Positions 50,858 to 61,071 of a stretch of 64,000 bases of DNA are shown here, one piece after another. A program made the translations under genes and the position numbers. Origin of the DNA: an uncultured Gemmatimonadaceae bacterium (GTDB lineage Bacteria > Gemmatimonadota > Gemmatimonadetes > Gemmatimonadales > Gemmatimonadaceae); the NCBI GenBank assembly GCA_963740355.1, contig CAVUDW010000003.1, positions 1,312,001-1,376,000 on the forward strand. Reading direction: 5' to 3'. The notes under the pieces were generated by a model. It was given only the letters and a program-made list of their open reading frames with translations. It was not told the DNA's origin and did no database searches. Every line of letters begins with the position of its first letter. Positions within the stretch are counted from its first letter, which is position 1.

Positions 50858-51730
50858 TCACGGTAGCTGAGCGCGATACTGAACCGGATCTAGAATGCAG
50901 TTCAGCTCAAGAGCACCAGGCAGCACGAACAACTTCGGCGCTTCGCGGAACTTGAAAACTCGATAGAGCCGAAACTGCTCAGCGCGCTGAGAAGAGACCG
51001 TGACCTCGCGCCGGCTCGCGAAGAACGGCATCATCGCGCCAAAACTGGTTGTCTTCACCTCAATGAGCCGCTCCATGCCGTCAAGCTCGAACGACACAAT
51101 ATCGTAGCCCAATCCGTCGCCCTGAGTCCGCGAAACGTGCTCGATTCTATTTGCGAGGTGGTGACGTCCTGCTTGCCTCAGCCTTCTGTCCTCAATCTCC
51201 ATAACGAATTCCTCACCCGCGTCACCTAGAGAGCGGTTTCTCGCTTCGCGCTCTGCATAGTCAACTCCAAGCAGTGGTGCGCGAGGCGCGGCTGGGTTTT
51301 CGTAACCCCTGTTCAGTGCAAATTTACGAACGGGTGCATCGACAAGGATATCGGTCAACTCACGATTGGAAAGACTCGCCGCGACGGGTGCACTTGCTAC
51401 AGCGTTCACGACTTGGACGAGCGCTGGGTTTGCTTCGAGCTGCGCTTCAATTTCTTCTCTGAGCAGCAACTGGTAATTTCCGCGAGGCTTGTAGCCATCT
51501 ATGAAGGGAAACCCCTGAGAGTAGAGAACAGCGCTAATGTTCGCATGCTTGAATTCAATTGCTCCAGCAGACCTTCCATTCAATCTTTTTTGTAGATTGC
51601 GATTGTGTTCTGTCTTGCTATACCGCTCTCCGCGCAGTTCGCAGCCCAGCATTACGAAGTAATCGGCGACAGTCAAGGCGTCTTCGACGGCAGACCAGTT
51701 TCGCTGGAAGGGCAACGCACCTGAGCTCAT
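50858..51730 (-). CDS. DUF3883 (NOV_C-type) restriction-endonuclease-like protein
   Basis: GDAGEEFV, HVS..GDGLGYDIVSF, LIEVKTT. N-terminal RSAGAIEFKHANISAVL domain. Confidence 0.85.
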   Translation of the reverse strand: MSSGALPFQRNWSAVEDALTVADYFVMLGCELRGERYSKTEHNRNLQKRLNGRSAGAIEFKHANISAVLYSQGFPFIDGYKPRGNYQLLLREEIEAQLEANPALVQVVNAVASAPVAASLSNRELTDILVDAPVRKFALNRGYENPAAPRAPLLGVDYAEREARNRSLGDAGEEFVMEIEDRRLRQAGRHHLANRIEHVSRTQGDGLGYDIVSFELDGMERLIEVKTTSFGAMMPFFASRREVTVSSQRAEQFRLYRVFKFREAPKLFVLPGALELNCILDPVQYRAQLP

Positions 51731-51787
51731 ACCAACCAGCTGATCGAAGTCAAGTTGGCTTCTCGCAAGTAGTACCTGAACACTGCT

Positions 51788-52870
51788 CTAACTCGCCGCG
51801 CTCGAGTAGCCCTGCGCGATCTGGCGCAGCCGCTCGGCATGCAAATGGATATCGTCAACGGATTCCAACACTTCACGTTCTTCTTCGCGCTTCTCGTTGA
51901 TGAAGCCGATCGCGAGCTTCTGCGGATTGTTGAAGCGAAGCCGACAGATTGGCTTTCGATTGTTGTCGTCCAGCAGAATTGCGCAGTAACTCTGCGCATC
52001 GCGCATGAATACTCGCTTCGGGCTTACAACGCCGCGAAGTATCGAGCGGACAATATGAAAACCTTCAAGCTCCTCTGCCGACGTTACCACCTGAGTGTCG
52101 TCTGCGGCGACAACAGCGGCCGCGACCGGAGTTGGATCCACCACGGTGACAGACTCTGGCGCCATGGCACCCTTCAATCGTTCGTTGATGCGCTCGCCGA
52201 CGAGTTGCTCGAACGCGCGCTTCGTTATGCCTGTAAACTGATCCCGCAGAGCAGTCGTGAATCGGCGCGCGCCGATCAATTCTGAAGCCACGAGCCGGAC
52301 GAATTCCTCAGATGGCGCTGCCATCAGCTCGGCCAATCGATTCTGGATGGCGCGCGTGTACTTCAGATCGTTGGCAGTTGTCAGGATAGTGTCGAGGTCA
52401 AAAGCAGACTTGGCGAACTTTTTCAGCTCGTCGATATCCCGATCCCTGAAATCGAGAATGTTGAATTCGAAGAATGGCTTCTCGTCCATCTTGTTCGGCT
52501 GCTCCAAATCGGTGAAGAACCGATACGTGAGCCCGTTTGTCAGGACACCGAAACGCGCCGCGGTGACATGGAAGTACCGAAAGAGCTGACTGGCGTGATT
52601 GATGCTCAGGTCTCCTCCGCACTTCTTGCACTCGAACAGGATGATCGGCTTGCCGTCCTTCAACACAGCATAGTCGACCTTTTCGCCTTTCTTCGTGCCT
52701 ACATCAGCTATCAGCTCTGGCGTGACCTCCATCGGGTCGAAAACATTGTATCCGAGTATCTGAATGAACGGCATGACCATGGCATTCTTGGTCGCCTCCT
52801 CGGTACTGATCATCGCCTTCGTGCTTTCAATACGTGTAGCCAACACGCGAAGCTCGTCGATGAAATCCAT
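51788..52870 (-). CDS. Stand-alone HsdR N-terminal-type endonuclease protein
   Basis: TEEATKNAMVMPFI, KKGEKVDYA..FECK, LTNG..YRFFTDL, DDNNRKPICRL. No helicase domain. Confidence 0.88.
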   Translation of the reverse strand: MDFIDELRVLATRIESTKAMISTEEATKNAMVMPFIQILGYNVFDPMEVTPELIADVGTKKGEKVDYAVLKDGKPIILFECKKCGGDLSINHASQLFRYFHVTAARFGVLTNGLTYRFFTDLEQPNKMDEKPFFEFNILDFRDRDIDELKKFAKSAFDLDTILTTANDLKYTRAIQNRLAELMAAPSEEFVRLVASELIGARRFTTALRDQFTGITKRAFEQLVGERINERLKGAMAPESVTVVDPTPVAAAVVAADDTQVVTSAEELEGFHIVRSILRGVVSPKRVFMRDAQSYCAILLDDNNRKPICRLRFNNPQKLAIGFINEKREEEREVLESVDDIHLHAERLRQIAQGYSSAAS

Positions 52871-53094
52871 GTCTTCTATCCCTTTCGTGGAACGTGAGCC
52901 TGTTAAGCAATTGGGCATGCGCTGCGATATATCACGGATGCCATGGGCACCAAAACCGCCCGCCAAACTGGAGACAGACCCGAATTCGACGTTTTCTGAA
53001 CTAAACGCCGAACGCGAAGTCTGTCACTGCCCAGCCTGACTGCTCGCAGCCAGCTGCTCTCAAGCTGTAAGGGGGTACTGACACCCCGGCCCGC

Positions 53095-54933
53095 TTACCC
53101 CCTCACGACCCCACTCCCCGCCCCCACCGCCGTCGGATCTTCCCCGGGATTGATAAACCGATCCGTCTCGATGTGATGCTGCCGCTCGTACAGCTCCCGA
53201 TACCGCCCCGAATGCGCCAGCAACTGCTGGTGCGTCCCCCGCTCCACGATCTCCCCCTGCTCCAGCACCAGGATCTGATCCGCCGAGGTAATGGTCGAAA
53301 GCCGATGCGCGATCACGAACGTGGTCCGACCCGCACGCAGCCGGCGCAGCCCTTCCTGGATCAACTGCTCACTCTCTGAGTCGAGCGACGACGTCGCTTC
53401 ATCGAGAATCAGGATCCGCGGATCCGCCAGAATCGCCCGCGCGATCGCCACCCGCTGCCGCTGCCCGCCGCTCAACTTCACGCCGCGCTCACCAACGATC
53501 GTATCGAAGCCGTCAGGAAACCGGCTCACGAATTCATCGACATACGCGATCTTCGCCACATCCTCGACGCTCTCCTTGCTGGCATCAGGACGGGTGAAGG
53601 CGATGTTCTCGCGCACGGTGCCGTCGAACAGGAAGTTGTCCTGCAGCACGACGCCCAGGTGACGGCGATACTCGTGCAGCTTGAGGTCGGACAACGGCTT
53701 GCCGTCGATCGTGATTTCGCCCTTCACCGGCGAGGCGAAGGCCATCACCAGCGAGATCAACGTGCTCTTGCCACCTCCGCTGCTGCCGACGAGCGCCGTC
53801 GTGGTGCCGGCGGGCGCCTCGAAGCTGACACCCTTCAGCACCGGCACGCCGGGCTCGTACTCGAACCACACATCCGAGAACTTCACGCTGCCCTGGACGG
53901 TCGGTACGGACTGCTTGCTGGCGTCTTCCTGGTCCTCGGTCTTCATGTCGCGCAATTCGCGAATGCGATCCAAGCCGGCCAGCGCTTCCGTCAGCTGCGT
54001 ACCGATGCTCGCGATGCTGACGAGCGGCGCGGCGACGAGGCCGATGAAGAAGATGTACATCACCAAGCCACCGGTGGTCATCTTGCCCGACAACACATCG
54101 CGACCACCCATCATCATCAGCAACACACCCAGCGCACCGATGATCGCGACCGACAAGGCAGCCGTAGCCGAGGTGCCGGTGATGGTGGCGGCGATGTTCT
54201 TGAACAACCGATCGACACCGGCGGCGAAGACTTCGCGCTCGCGATTCTCGGCGGTGTAGACCTTCACGATGCGGATGCCGCCAATCGTTTCCGTCAGGCG
54301 ACCGGTCACGTCGGCGGTGATCACGCTCCGCTCACGGAAGATCGGACGCAGCTTCTTGAACGCGATCGACATGCCGACGCCGAAGATCGACAGGAACACC
54401 ACGGTGGCCAGCGTCAGCTTCCAGTTGAGGTAGAACAGCACCCCGACCGCGGCCGTCGCCGTCACCAGTCCGCCCACGAGCTGAATCAGCCCGGTGCCGA
54501 CGAGATTGCGAATGCCTTCGGGGTCGTTCATCACCCGACTGACGAGCACACCACTCTTGGTGCTGTCGAAGAAGCGCACCGGCAACCGAATCAGGTGCGA
54601 CTGCACATCCTCGCGCAGCTTCGCAATCGCCTGCTGCGCGGCCACGCTCACGACCTGCGACAGCGAGTACGACGTGATGGCCTGGATCACCGTCGCGATG
54701 AAGGCGGCGATCGCAATCTTCGGCAGCAGCTCGGCGTTGCCCTTGCCGAGGACTTCGTCGATCAGGTATTTGGAGCTCGCCGGCAGCACCAACCCGGCCG
54801 CTCGACTGATGAGCATGAGCCCCAGCCCGATCCCCACCGACCGGCGGTAGGTCCAGATGAGTGCGCGGGCCTCGGCCCAGGCGCGCTTGCTGTCGAACTT
54901 GGGCTTCTTCGGATCTTTCGCTGGGGTCGCCAT
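53095..54933 (-). CDS. ABC exporter, fused permease/ATP-binding protein
   Basis: TM domain, GSSGGGKS, LSGGQRQR, LDEATS, AHRLST. Confidence 0.95.
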   Translation of the reverse strand: MATPAKDPKKPKFDSKRAWAEARALIWTYRRSVGIGLGLMLISRAAGLVLPASSKYLIDEVLGKGNAELLPKIAIAAFIATVIQAITSYSLSQVVSVAAQQAIAKLREDVQSHLIRLPVRFFDSTKSGVLVSRVMNDPEGIRNLVGTGLIQLVGGLVTATAAVGVLFYLNWKLTLATVVFLSIFGVGMSIAFKKLRPIFRERSVITADVTGRLTETIGGIRIVKVYTAENREREVFAAGVDRLFKNIAATITGTSATAALSVAIIGALGVLLMMMGGRDVLSGKMTTGGLVMYIFFIGLVAAPLVSIASIGTQLTEALAGLDRIRELRDMKTEDQEDASKQSVPTVQGSVKFSDVWFEYEPGVPVLKGVSFEAPAGTTTALVGSSGGGKSTLISLVMAFASPVKGEITIDGKPLSDLKLHEYRRHLGVVLQDNFLFDGTVRENIAFTRPDASKESVEDVAKIAYVDEFVSRFPDGFDTIVGERGVKLSGGQRQRVAIARAILADPRILILDEATSSLDSESEQLIQEGLRRLRAGRTTFVIAHRLSTITSADQILVLEQGEIVERGTHQQLLAHSGRYRELYERQHHIETDRFINPGEDPTAVGAGSGVVRG

Positions 54934-55031
54934 CCGCCAAAACTAGCCACCCCCAAACTCCCCCGCCTCCTCACCATTCGGCCGGCCCAGCGCCTCGCCA
55001 CAACTGATATCGCAGGCGCAACAGGAGGAGA

Positions 55032-55225
55032 GCAAAACGCAGAGACGCAAAGACGCAGAGGGTTCGCTCGCGATTGCTGGCACTGCTGCGCGGGCTGAAC
55101 AGCAAACACAGGGTGAACTGCTCTCGCCTTGGCAGTTCCCAAAGCCTCTCAAAATCCCTCAGGCATTCGTCGGCGACCGCCATCGGCGCAGGGCCCTCTG
55201 CGCCTCCGCGTTTCGCAGTGGCAGT
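55032..55225. repeat. Family A palindromic element (partial central hairpin)
   Basis: AAAACGCAGAGACGCAAAGACGCAGAGGG ... GCAGTTCCCAAAGCC ... CCCTCTGCGCCTCCGCGTTTCGCAGTGGCAGT. Confidence 0.85.
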
Positions 55226-56167
55226 TCAAACGACGACAGGCGAAGACCGCAGCTGCGCGAAGAGGTCGATGAGGAGCGCTTCCTGGAGGACGGTGCGCAA
55301 CGGTCCGGTCGCTGTGGTCTTCCAGCGGACCAGGCGGAGGGTGCCGTCCTGGATTTCCATGCCGGTGATGTCGCCGTCGGCGAACTTGCAGCAGCCGGTG
55401 TTGAAGTAGGCGGGGAGGCTGCCGGGGGCGTGTTGCTGCTCCTTCGTGCGACCAGCCCACACCGGGCGATGCGTGTGGCCGACGATCAGCATCATCTTCT
55501 CCTGCTCGGCCGCCCAATCGTACATGATCAGGTCGTGTTCACCGCGCAGCGCCTCGTCCTGTGACGGAAGGTCGATGCCACCGAACCAGCTCACACCGAA
55601 ACGGTTCTGCATGAAGCGATAGAACTGCAGCGCCCAGCGCGAGAAGAACTTGAAGCGATCGGAACCCAGGGTGCCCTGATGCCCATGCGTCAGGAACAAT
55701 GTGCCGATTTTCGCGTCGCCATCGCGGATGCTGAGCCGGACCCCTTCCCAGACGCGGCGCAGGCCAATGCCGGGCGCGTATGCGCGCAGCTCGAGGGCCA
55801 CCAGCATCTCCTCCATCCAGCGATCGTCGTGGTTGCCCCAGACACGCAGGTACCGGTGATCACCAAATGCCGCTTCCGCTTCCAGCACCGGGCGGTGGGC
55901 CTTCACCACTTCGCGGATGTCGTTCTCCCACAACTCCTCCACGTCGCCCAGCAGCACCAGCCGGAAGCCCGCCGAGTTGTAATACGAGAGGGCCGACATG
56001 TACGACGGCACACAGGCCATGAACTCGTCGGCGTGATCGCCGGCGCCCTTGTGCTGATCGGAGAAGATGATCCAGGGCTCGTGGCCGCGAACGTCCAGCG
56101 CCGTGCGCCAGGTGAAGAAGCCCGAGATGGCACGATCGAGGCCCTTTCGGACCGCCCGTTCATTCAT
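55226..56167 (-). CDS. Calcineurin-like metallophosphoesterase
   Basis: SDQH, GDVEE, GNHD, THGH, GHTH, NTG. Confidence 0.88.
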   Translation of the reverse strand: MNERAVRKGLDRAISGFFTWRTALDVRGHEPWIIFSDQHKGAGDHADEFMACVPSYMSALSYYNSAGFRLVLLGDVEELWENDIREVVKAHRPVLEAEAAFGDHRYLRVWGNHDDRWMEEMLVALELRAYAPGIGLRRVWEGVRLSIRDGDAKIGTLFLTHGHQGTLGSDRFKFFSRWALQFYRFMQNRFGVSWFGGIDLPSQDEALRGEHDLIMYDWAAEQEKMMLIVGHTHRPVWAGRTKEQQHAPGSLPAYFNTGCCKFADGDITGMEIQDGTLRLVRWKTTATGPLRTVLQEALLIDLFAQLRSSPVVV

Positions 56168-56363
56168 GCGAAGCCGCTGATACGGTAGTCATTCAGCGCG
56201 CAGGCTAACGCGGCTGCGGGGGGAATGGAACGCCGGGCTCGGCTTGTGCATCTCACAGACAGTGACGGGGGTAGTACTTTGCTCCCGTCCGATACGCCTC
56301 GATCCGATCTCCCGCGGGAGGCCGTGTGTCGAGATCCGTTCACCGACGATCAACGTAGAATTC

Positions 56364-57011
56364 ATGCCAGAGCTTGATTCTGACACAGCCCATCCCGAGC
56401 CGAGCGGCGCCCCAGCGGTGCCGTTGCGGTCACGGACCTCGGAGGATGCCGCGCAGGATGCGGCCATCGTCCGGCGCATGGCTGAGGGAGATGAGTCAGC
56501 GCTCGGCGCTCTATATGATCGCTGGTCGGATGGGGTTCACACCCTCGTCGTGCGGATCGTTCGCGACGAGGCTGAAGCGGAGGAAGTGGTGGAGGCAGTG
56601 TTCTGGCAGGCGTGGCAGCAGGCAGGGCGATACACGGGTGACCGTGGGACGCCTGGCGCGTGGCTGCTGGCGATGGCACGCAGTCGATCGCTCGATCGCT
56701 TGCGCACGCTGCGCCGTCGTCGCGATGAACCGGCCGCCGATGATTCGATCTTTGCCAACCAGCCGGCAATCGGTGATCCGCTCTCCGATCTCGATGCCAG
56801 CGATCGCGCCGGGCGCGTGGTCGCCGCACTGCAAGAACTCCCTCCGGAACAACGTCAGGTGCTCGAACTCGCCTATTTCGAAGGGTTGAGCCAGACAGAG
56901 ATCGCGGAGCGACTCGATCAACCCCTTGGCACCATCAAGACGCGTGCGCGCCTCGCGTTGCGGAAGATGCGTGACCGCCTGGAAGTGCTGCGCGAGGAGA
57001 TGGCATCATGA
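56364..57011 (+). CDS. ECF RNA polymerase sigma factor (SigK-like)
   Basis: ALGALYDR, WLLAMARSRSLDRLR, LAYFEGLSQTEIA..PLGTIKTR. Confidence 0.92.
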   Translation: MPELDSDTAHPEPSGAPAVPLRSRTSEDAAQDAAIVRRMAEGDESALGALYDRWSDGVHTLVVRIVRDEAEAEEVVEAVFWQAWQQAGRYTGDRGTPGAWLLAMARSRSLDRLRTLRRRRDEPAADDSIFANQPAIGDPLSDLDASDRAGRVVAALQELPPEQRQVLELAYFEGLSQTEIAERLDQPLGTIKTRARLALRKMRDRLEVLREEMAS

Positions 57012-58012
57012 ATACGCCACTCACACACGACGAAGCTTTTGCGATGTTGCCGGAACTTGCCTTGGGCATGCTTCCGGCCGACGAAGCCGCACGCGTGATG
57101 GAGGTCGTCCGCACTTCAGTTGAGTGCCAGGCCGAACTCGCGTCACTGCGCGCCACTGCTGGAGCGCTGGCGTCGTCCGCGCCTTCAGCACCGATGAATC
57201 CTGCCCGCAAGTCAGCGCTTCGTGATCGTCTGGTCGCTCGTGCAGTCGCCAGTGCGGCCTCGGATGCCACCGGCAGCGCCGATTCGATCGCACCAGTGCT
57301 CGACGTCCCGACGGTTGCGGTACCGACGCCGGCGTCTTCACCGGCGCTCCGTCTCGACGCGCCCGCGCTGAAAGCTGTTCCGAATGCCGTGCCAACGCCC
57401 GCAGCCAGCGAGCCGACCACGGCGCCGAAGGTGCGCAGCATCGACAGCGGGCGTTCTTCACAAGCCGCTGCTTCATCAAGCGGCGCCGGTCGTTTCGTGC
57501 CGTGGTTCGCAGCAGCGGCCAGCCTCGGCTTCGCGCTGATGCAGTTCCGCGCCAACGGTGCGCTAGTGGCCGAGCGTGATGCGGCGCAGGTGGCACTCAA
57601 GTCAGCCACTGCCAGCACCACGCAGCTCGCATCGCAGTTGGCGTCGAGCGACAGCCTGGTGGCAGCGATGACCGGCGCGCAGGTGCGTGTGGTCGAACTG
57701 GCGTCCACGGCCAAGCTGCCGCCCGGGGCTCGCATGTTCTGGGATCGTCTCACCAACCGCTGGACGCTGATCACGCACGACCTGACGCCAGCGCAGGCGG
57801 GTCGCACCTACCAGCTCTGGCTGGTGACGGCGAAGTCGGAGAAGATCAGCGCTGGCACGTTCAACACCGACGCCAAGGGTCGCGCCGTGGTGCAGGCGAC
57901 CTATGCGCTGGCCGAAGCCGACCTGGCAGCGATCGCAATCACCGAGGAACCGACCGGTGGCTCACCGCAGCCGACGGGGACGATCCTGGTTGCGGGCGCA
58001 CCGACGCGCTGA
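57008..58012 (+). CDS. Anti-sigma factor (RskA-like)
   Basis: Overlaps the sigma gene stop, one TM helix, YQLWLV..SAG..AITEEPTGGSPQPTG. Confidence 0.88.
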   Translation: MNTPLTHDEAFAMLPELALGMLPADEAARVMEVVRTSVECQAELASLRATAGALASSAPSAPMNPARKSALRDRLVARAVASAASDATGSADSIAPVLDVPTVAVPTPASSPALRLDAPALKAVPNAVPTPAASEPTTAPKVRSIDSGRSSQAAASSSGAGRFVPWFAAAASLGFALMQFRANGALVAERDAAQVALKSATASTTQLASQLASSDSLVAAMTGAQVRVVELASTAKLPPGARMFWDRLTNRWTLITHDLTPAQAGRTYQLWLVTAKSEKISAGTFNTDAKGRAVVQATYALAEADLAAIAITEEPTGGSPQPTGTILVAGAPTR

Positions 58013-58015
58013 CCG

Positions 58016-58423
58016 ATGGCGATCGAAGACTTCGCCATCGGTCAGTCAGCGCAGTTGATCCGCACACTGAGTGAAGCCGACGTGATGGCGTTCGCGGAAC
58101 TGACGGGGGATTTCAATCCCGTCCATGTCGATGAAGCGGCCGCCCAGGCCTCGAGCTTTGGCGGCCGCATCGTGCACGGCATGCTCACGGCCAGCCTGCT
58201 TTCGACCGTGCTCGCGATGCAGCTCCCCGGCCCGGGCGCGATCTACCTCAGCCAGTCGGTGACATTCCTCCGTCCCGTCAAACTCGGCGACACCGTCACG
58301 GCGCGCGTCGAGATCACATCGATCGATGTTGCGAAGCGCCGCCTGACATTGGCGACGTCCGTGCTCAATGCGCGCGGCAAGGCCGTCATCTCTGGCGAAG
58401 CTTCGGTCCAAGTCGCGGGCTGA
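58016..58423 (+). CDS. MaoC-family (R)-enoyl-CoA hydratase
   Basis: FAELTGDFNPVHVD, IVHGML, LPGPG, FLRPV. Confidence 0.92.
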   Translation: MAIEDFAIGQSAQLIRTLSEADVMAFAELTGDFNPVHVDEAAAQASSFGGRIVHGMLTASLLSTVLAMQLPGPGAIYLSQSVTFLRPVKLGDTVTARVEITSIDVAKRRLTLATSVLNARGKAVISGEASVQVAG

Positions 58424-58643
58424 ACTGCCACTGCAAAACGCAGAGGCAGAGAGACGCAGAGGCAGAGAGACGCAGAGGCTTCGCACGCGGCGGCAGACAT
58501 TTGCGCGCTCTTCGACAAAAAAGGCTTTGGGGAACTGCTCGCGCAGTTGCTGTTCCCAAAGCCTTTCAAGAATTTTCGTGCCTCACCAGCGAATGTCTGT
58601 GGCGCAGAACCCTCTGCGCCTTTGCGGCTCTGCGTTTCGCAGT
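58424..58643. repeat. Family A palindromic element
   Basis: ACTGCCACTGCAAAACGCAGAGGCAGAGAGACGCAGAG ... GGCTTTGGGGAACTGC..GTTCCCAAAGCC ... CCCTCTGCGCCTTTGCGGCTCTGCGTTTCGCAGT. Confidence 0.88.
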
Positions 58644-58657
58644 CTTTGTCGCAGCGA

Positions 58658-59095
58658 TCAGGCCGTCGTGATCAGGTGCTCGACGGCGGATTGGACGGCG
58701 GCGAGGGCGGCGGCGTTCTTGAGGGCGCTGAAGCCGATGCGGAGTTTTTCGTCCGGCAGGAGCGGCTCGCGCATGTGGGCGTTGAGCATGTTGAGCAGCT
58801 TCTCACGGTCTTCCGGAGAGATCGACTTCGCCGCCTTCGGCACCAGCTCGAGGCGCGGCACATCCTGCCGACGGGGGGAGGCGCACCAGACGATCATCTT
58901 CGTGCCCACCTTCTCGAATGCGATCGTGCCCGGAGTGTCCTCTTCCTCCCGGAACTTCAGCAGCGTCGGATGCTTGTTGCTCCAGGCAATCAGGGCATCG
59001 AGCACCGCGATCAGCCGAGGCTGCTCCACGGCGTGGGTATCTCGGGCAATCGCCTTCACGAACTGTTCGCGGGCGGCAGGCAGCGTACGGGACAT
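58658..59095 (-). CDS. Hypothetical protein
   Basis: GAGGAG RBS, host-like codon usage, no recognised motif. Confidence 0.7.
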   Translation of the reverse strand: MSRTLPAAREQFVKAIARDTHAVEQPRLIAVLDALIAWSNKHPTLLKFREEEDTPGTIAFEKVGTKMIVWCASPRRQDVPRLELVPKAAKSISPEDREKLLNMLNAHMREPLLPDEKLRIGFSALKNAAALAAVQSAVEHLITTA

Positions 59096-59334
59096 CGGCA
59101 TTCTCCTCGTCGGTGCGTCGGCACTCGACAGGCGCCACAGCGGCACCCAGGAGTCTCTACGCCCTGCAAGCTAGCAGGTCCCGCACCAGACTGACGAATA
59201 TCTGAGAAGCGTATCTCACTAACAGCTGATACGTTTGCGCGTACTGGTTTGCATTGGCCACCGATCGAGGCCATTACTCAGGCGTTTCACCCACGCCTAA
59301 GCCTGCTGCGCTCCCCCCAGCCCGAGTCCGCCTG

Positions 59335-60993
59335 ATGCCGCGTTTTCGTGCACCCGTTTCGTTCGCCGTTGCTGCCCTGCTGTCCCTCAGCCCGCAGCTC
59401 CTCGCCGGTCAGGACACGACCACCATCGCGCCGGCGCCGTCCGCACCACGGGCCCCGCTCGACCCACGGATCGTCCGGCTGAAGGAAGAAGCCGCCACCA
59501 AGGTCGAGGCCCGCGCCAAGCTGATCCAGGAGATCATCGACCAGGTCTATTCCTATGGCGAGCTCGGCATGCAGGAGTTCGAAACATCCCGCTACCTGAC
59601 GGGCATCCTCGAGAAGAACGGCTTCACGATCCAGCGCAACGTCGCCGGCATGCCGACCGGTTGGGTCGCGCGCTGGGGCAGCGGCAAGCCGGTCATCTCG
59701 CTCGGCTCCGACATCGACGGCATTCCGCAGTCCAACCAGACGCCCGCCACCGCCTATCGCTCGTGGCAGGTGCAGGGCGCACCGGGGCATGGTGAAGGTC
59801 ACAACTCCGGCCAGGCCGTGAACATCGCGGCCGCGCTGGCGGTGAAGGAGATCATGATGCGCGACAAGATGCCCGGCACACTCGTGTTGTGGCCTGGTGT
59901 CGCGGAAGAAGCTGTCGCAGGCAAGGCGCACTTCGTTCGTGCCGGCGTCTTCAAGGATGTCGATGTCACGCTCTTCACCCACGTCGGCAACGACCTCGGT
60001 GTGACGTGGGGGCAGTCGTCGTCACTGGCGATCGTGTCGGCCGAGTTCCGATTCAAGGGACAGTCGGCACACGCCGCCGGCGCACCGTGGCGTGGCAAGA
60101 GTGCGCTCGACGCCGTGATGCTGATGGCACAGGGGTGGGAATTCCATCGCGAACACATGGAGCCGGGCCAGCGCTCGCACTACGTGATCAAGGATGGTGG
60201 TGACCAGCCGAACGTGGTGCCGAGCACGGCGTCGATCTGGTTCTACTTCCGCGAGCGTGACTATCAGCATGTGCAGGACATGTTCGAGGCCGGCAAGCGC
60301 ATCGCACGCGGCGCCGCGATGATGACCGAGACCACGCTCGACACCGTGGTGATCCTCGGTTCGGCCTGGCCCGGTCACTTCAGCAAGCCGGTCGCCGAAG
60401 CGATGCAGGCGAACATCGAGTCGGTCGGCCTGCCGAAGTGGGATGAGAACGACCAGGCGCTGGCGAAGGGTTTGCAGCGTGAACTCGGTGTGGCGCAGAA
60501 CGGTCTCGTGACGCAGGTGCGTCCGCTGCAGGGTCCGGCTCTGAGCCTGGTGGCATTCGGCGGTGGCAGCGACGACATCGGTGACGTGAGCTGGAACGTG
60601 CCGACGATCACGCTGCGATACCCGTCGAACATTCCGGGCACGCCAGGCCACAACTGGGCCAACGGTATCGCGATGGCCACGCCGATCGCCCACAAGGGTG
60701 CAGTGGCCGGCGCGAAGGTGCAGGCGATGACGTTGATCGACCTGCTGACGCAGCCGAAGATCGTGGCCGATGCCTGGACCTACTTCAACGACGTGCAGAC
60801 GAAGACGATCAAGTACGTCTCGTTCCTTGGCCCGAACGATGGACCGCCGACGTGGCTGAATGCCGAGATCATGGCGCGGTACCGTCCGGAAATGAAGAAG
60901 CTGTATTACGACTCGAGCAAGTTCCGCACGTACCTCGAGCAGCTCGGTGTGGCGTATCCGACGGTGAAGCCGCCGACGAACCCGGTGCCGTAA
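59335..60993 (+). CDS. M20 amidohydrolase (AbgB-like), exported
   Basis: ELGMQEFETS, GHGEGHN, AEE, AHAAGAPWRGKSALDA, GGDQPNVVP, GSDDIGDVSW. Confidence 0.9.
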   Translation: MPRFRAPVSFAVAALLSLSPQLLAGQDTTTIAPAPSAPRAPLDPRIVRLKEEAATKVEARAKLIQEIIDQVYSYGELGMQEFETSRYLTGILEKNGFTIQRNVAGMPTGWVARWGSGKPVISLGSDIDGIPQSNQTPATAYRSWQVQGAPGHGEGHNSGQAVNIAAALAVKEIMMRDKMPGTLVLWPGVAEEAVAGKAHFVRAGVFKDVDVTLFTHVGNDLGVTWGQSSSLAIVSAEFRFKGQSAHAAGAPWRGKSALDAVMLMAQGWEFHREHMEPGQRSHYVIKDGGDQPNVVPSTASIWFYFRERDYQHVQDMFEAGKRIARGAAMMTETTLDTVVILGSAWPGHFSKPVAEAMQANIESVGLPKWDENDQALAKGLQRELGVAQNGLVTQVRPLQGPALSLVAFGGGSDDIGDVSWNVPTITLRYPSNIPGTPGHNWANGIAMATPIAHKGAVAGAKVQAMTLIDLLTQPKIVADAWTYFNDVQTKTIKYVSFLGPNDGPPTWLNAEIMARYRPEMKKLYYDSSKFRTYLEQLGVAYPTVKPPTNPVP

Positions 60994-61015
60994 GACCGTT
61001 TCAAGAGTGAACACA

Positions 61016-61060
61016 ACGAGGGGCCCGATGCCACGCTGCGCATCGGGCCCCTCGTCGTTT
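61016..61060. terminator. Hairpin between convergent genes
   Basis: ACGAGGGGCCCGATGC..GCATCGGGCCCCTCGT. Confidence 0.7.
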
Positions 61061-61071
61061 CAGCAATCGGT

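Noticed and set aside
46990..53090. Prophage, integrative element or complete restriction-modification system
   Set aside because: No integrase, att repeats, tRNA, phage genes, methyltransferase or specificity subunit were seen.
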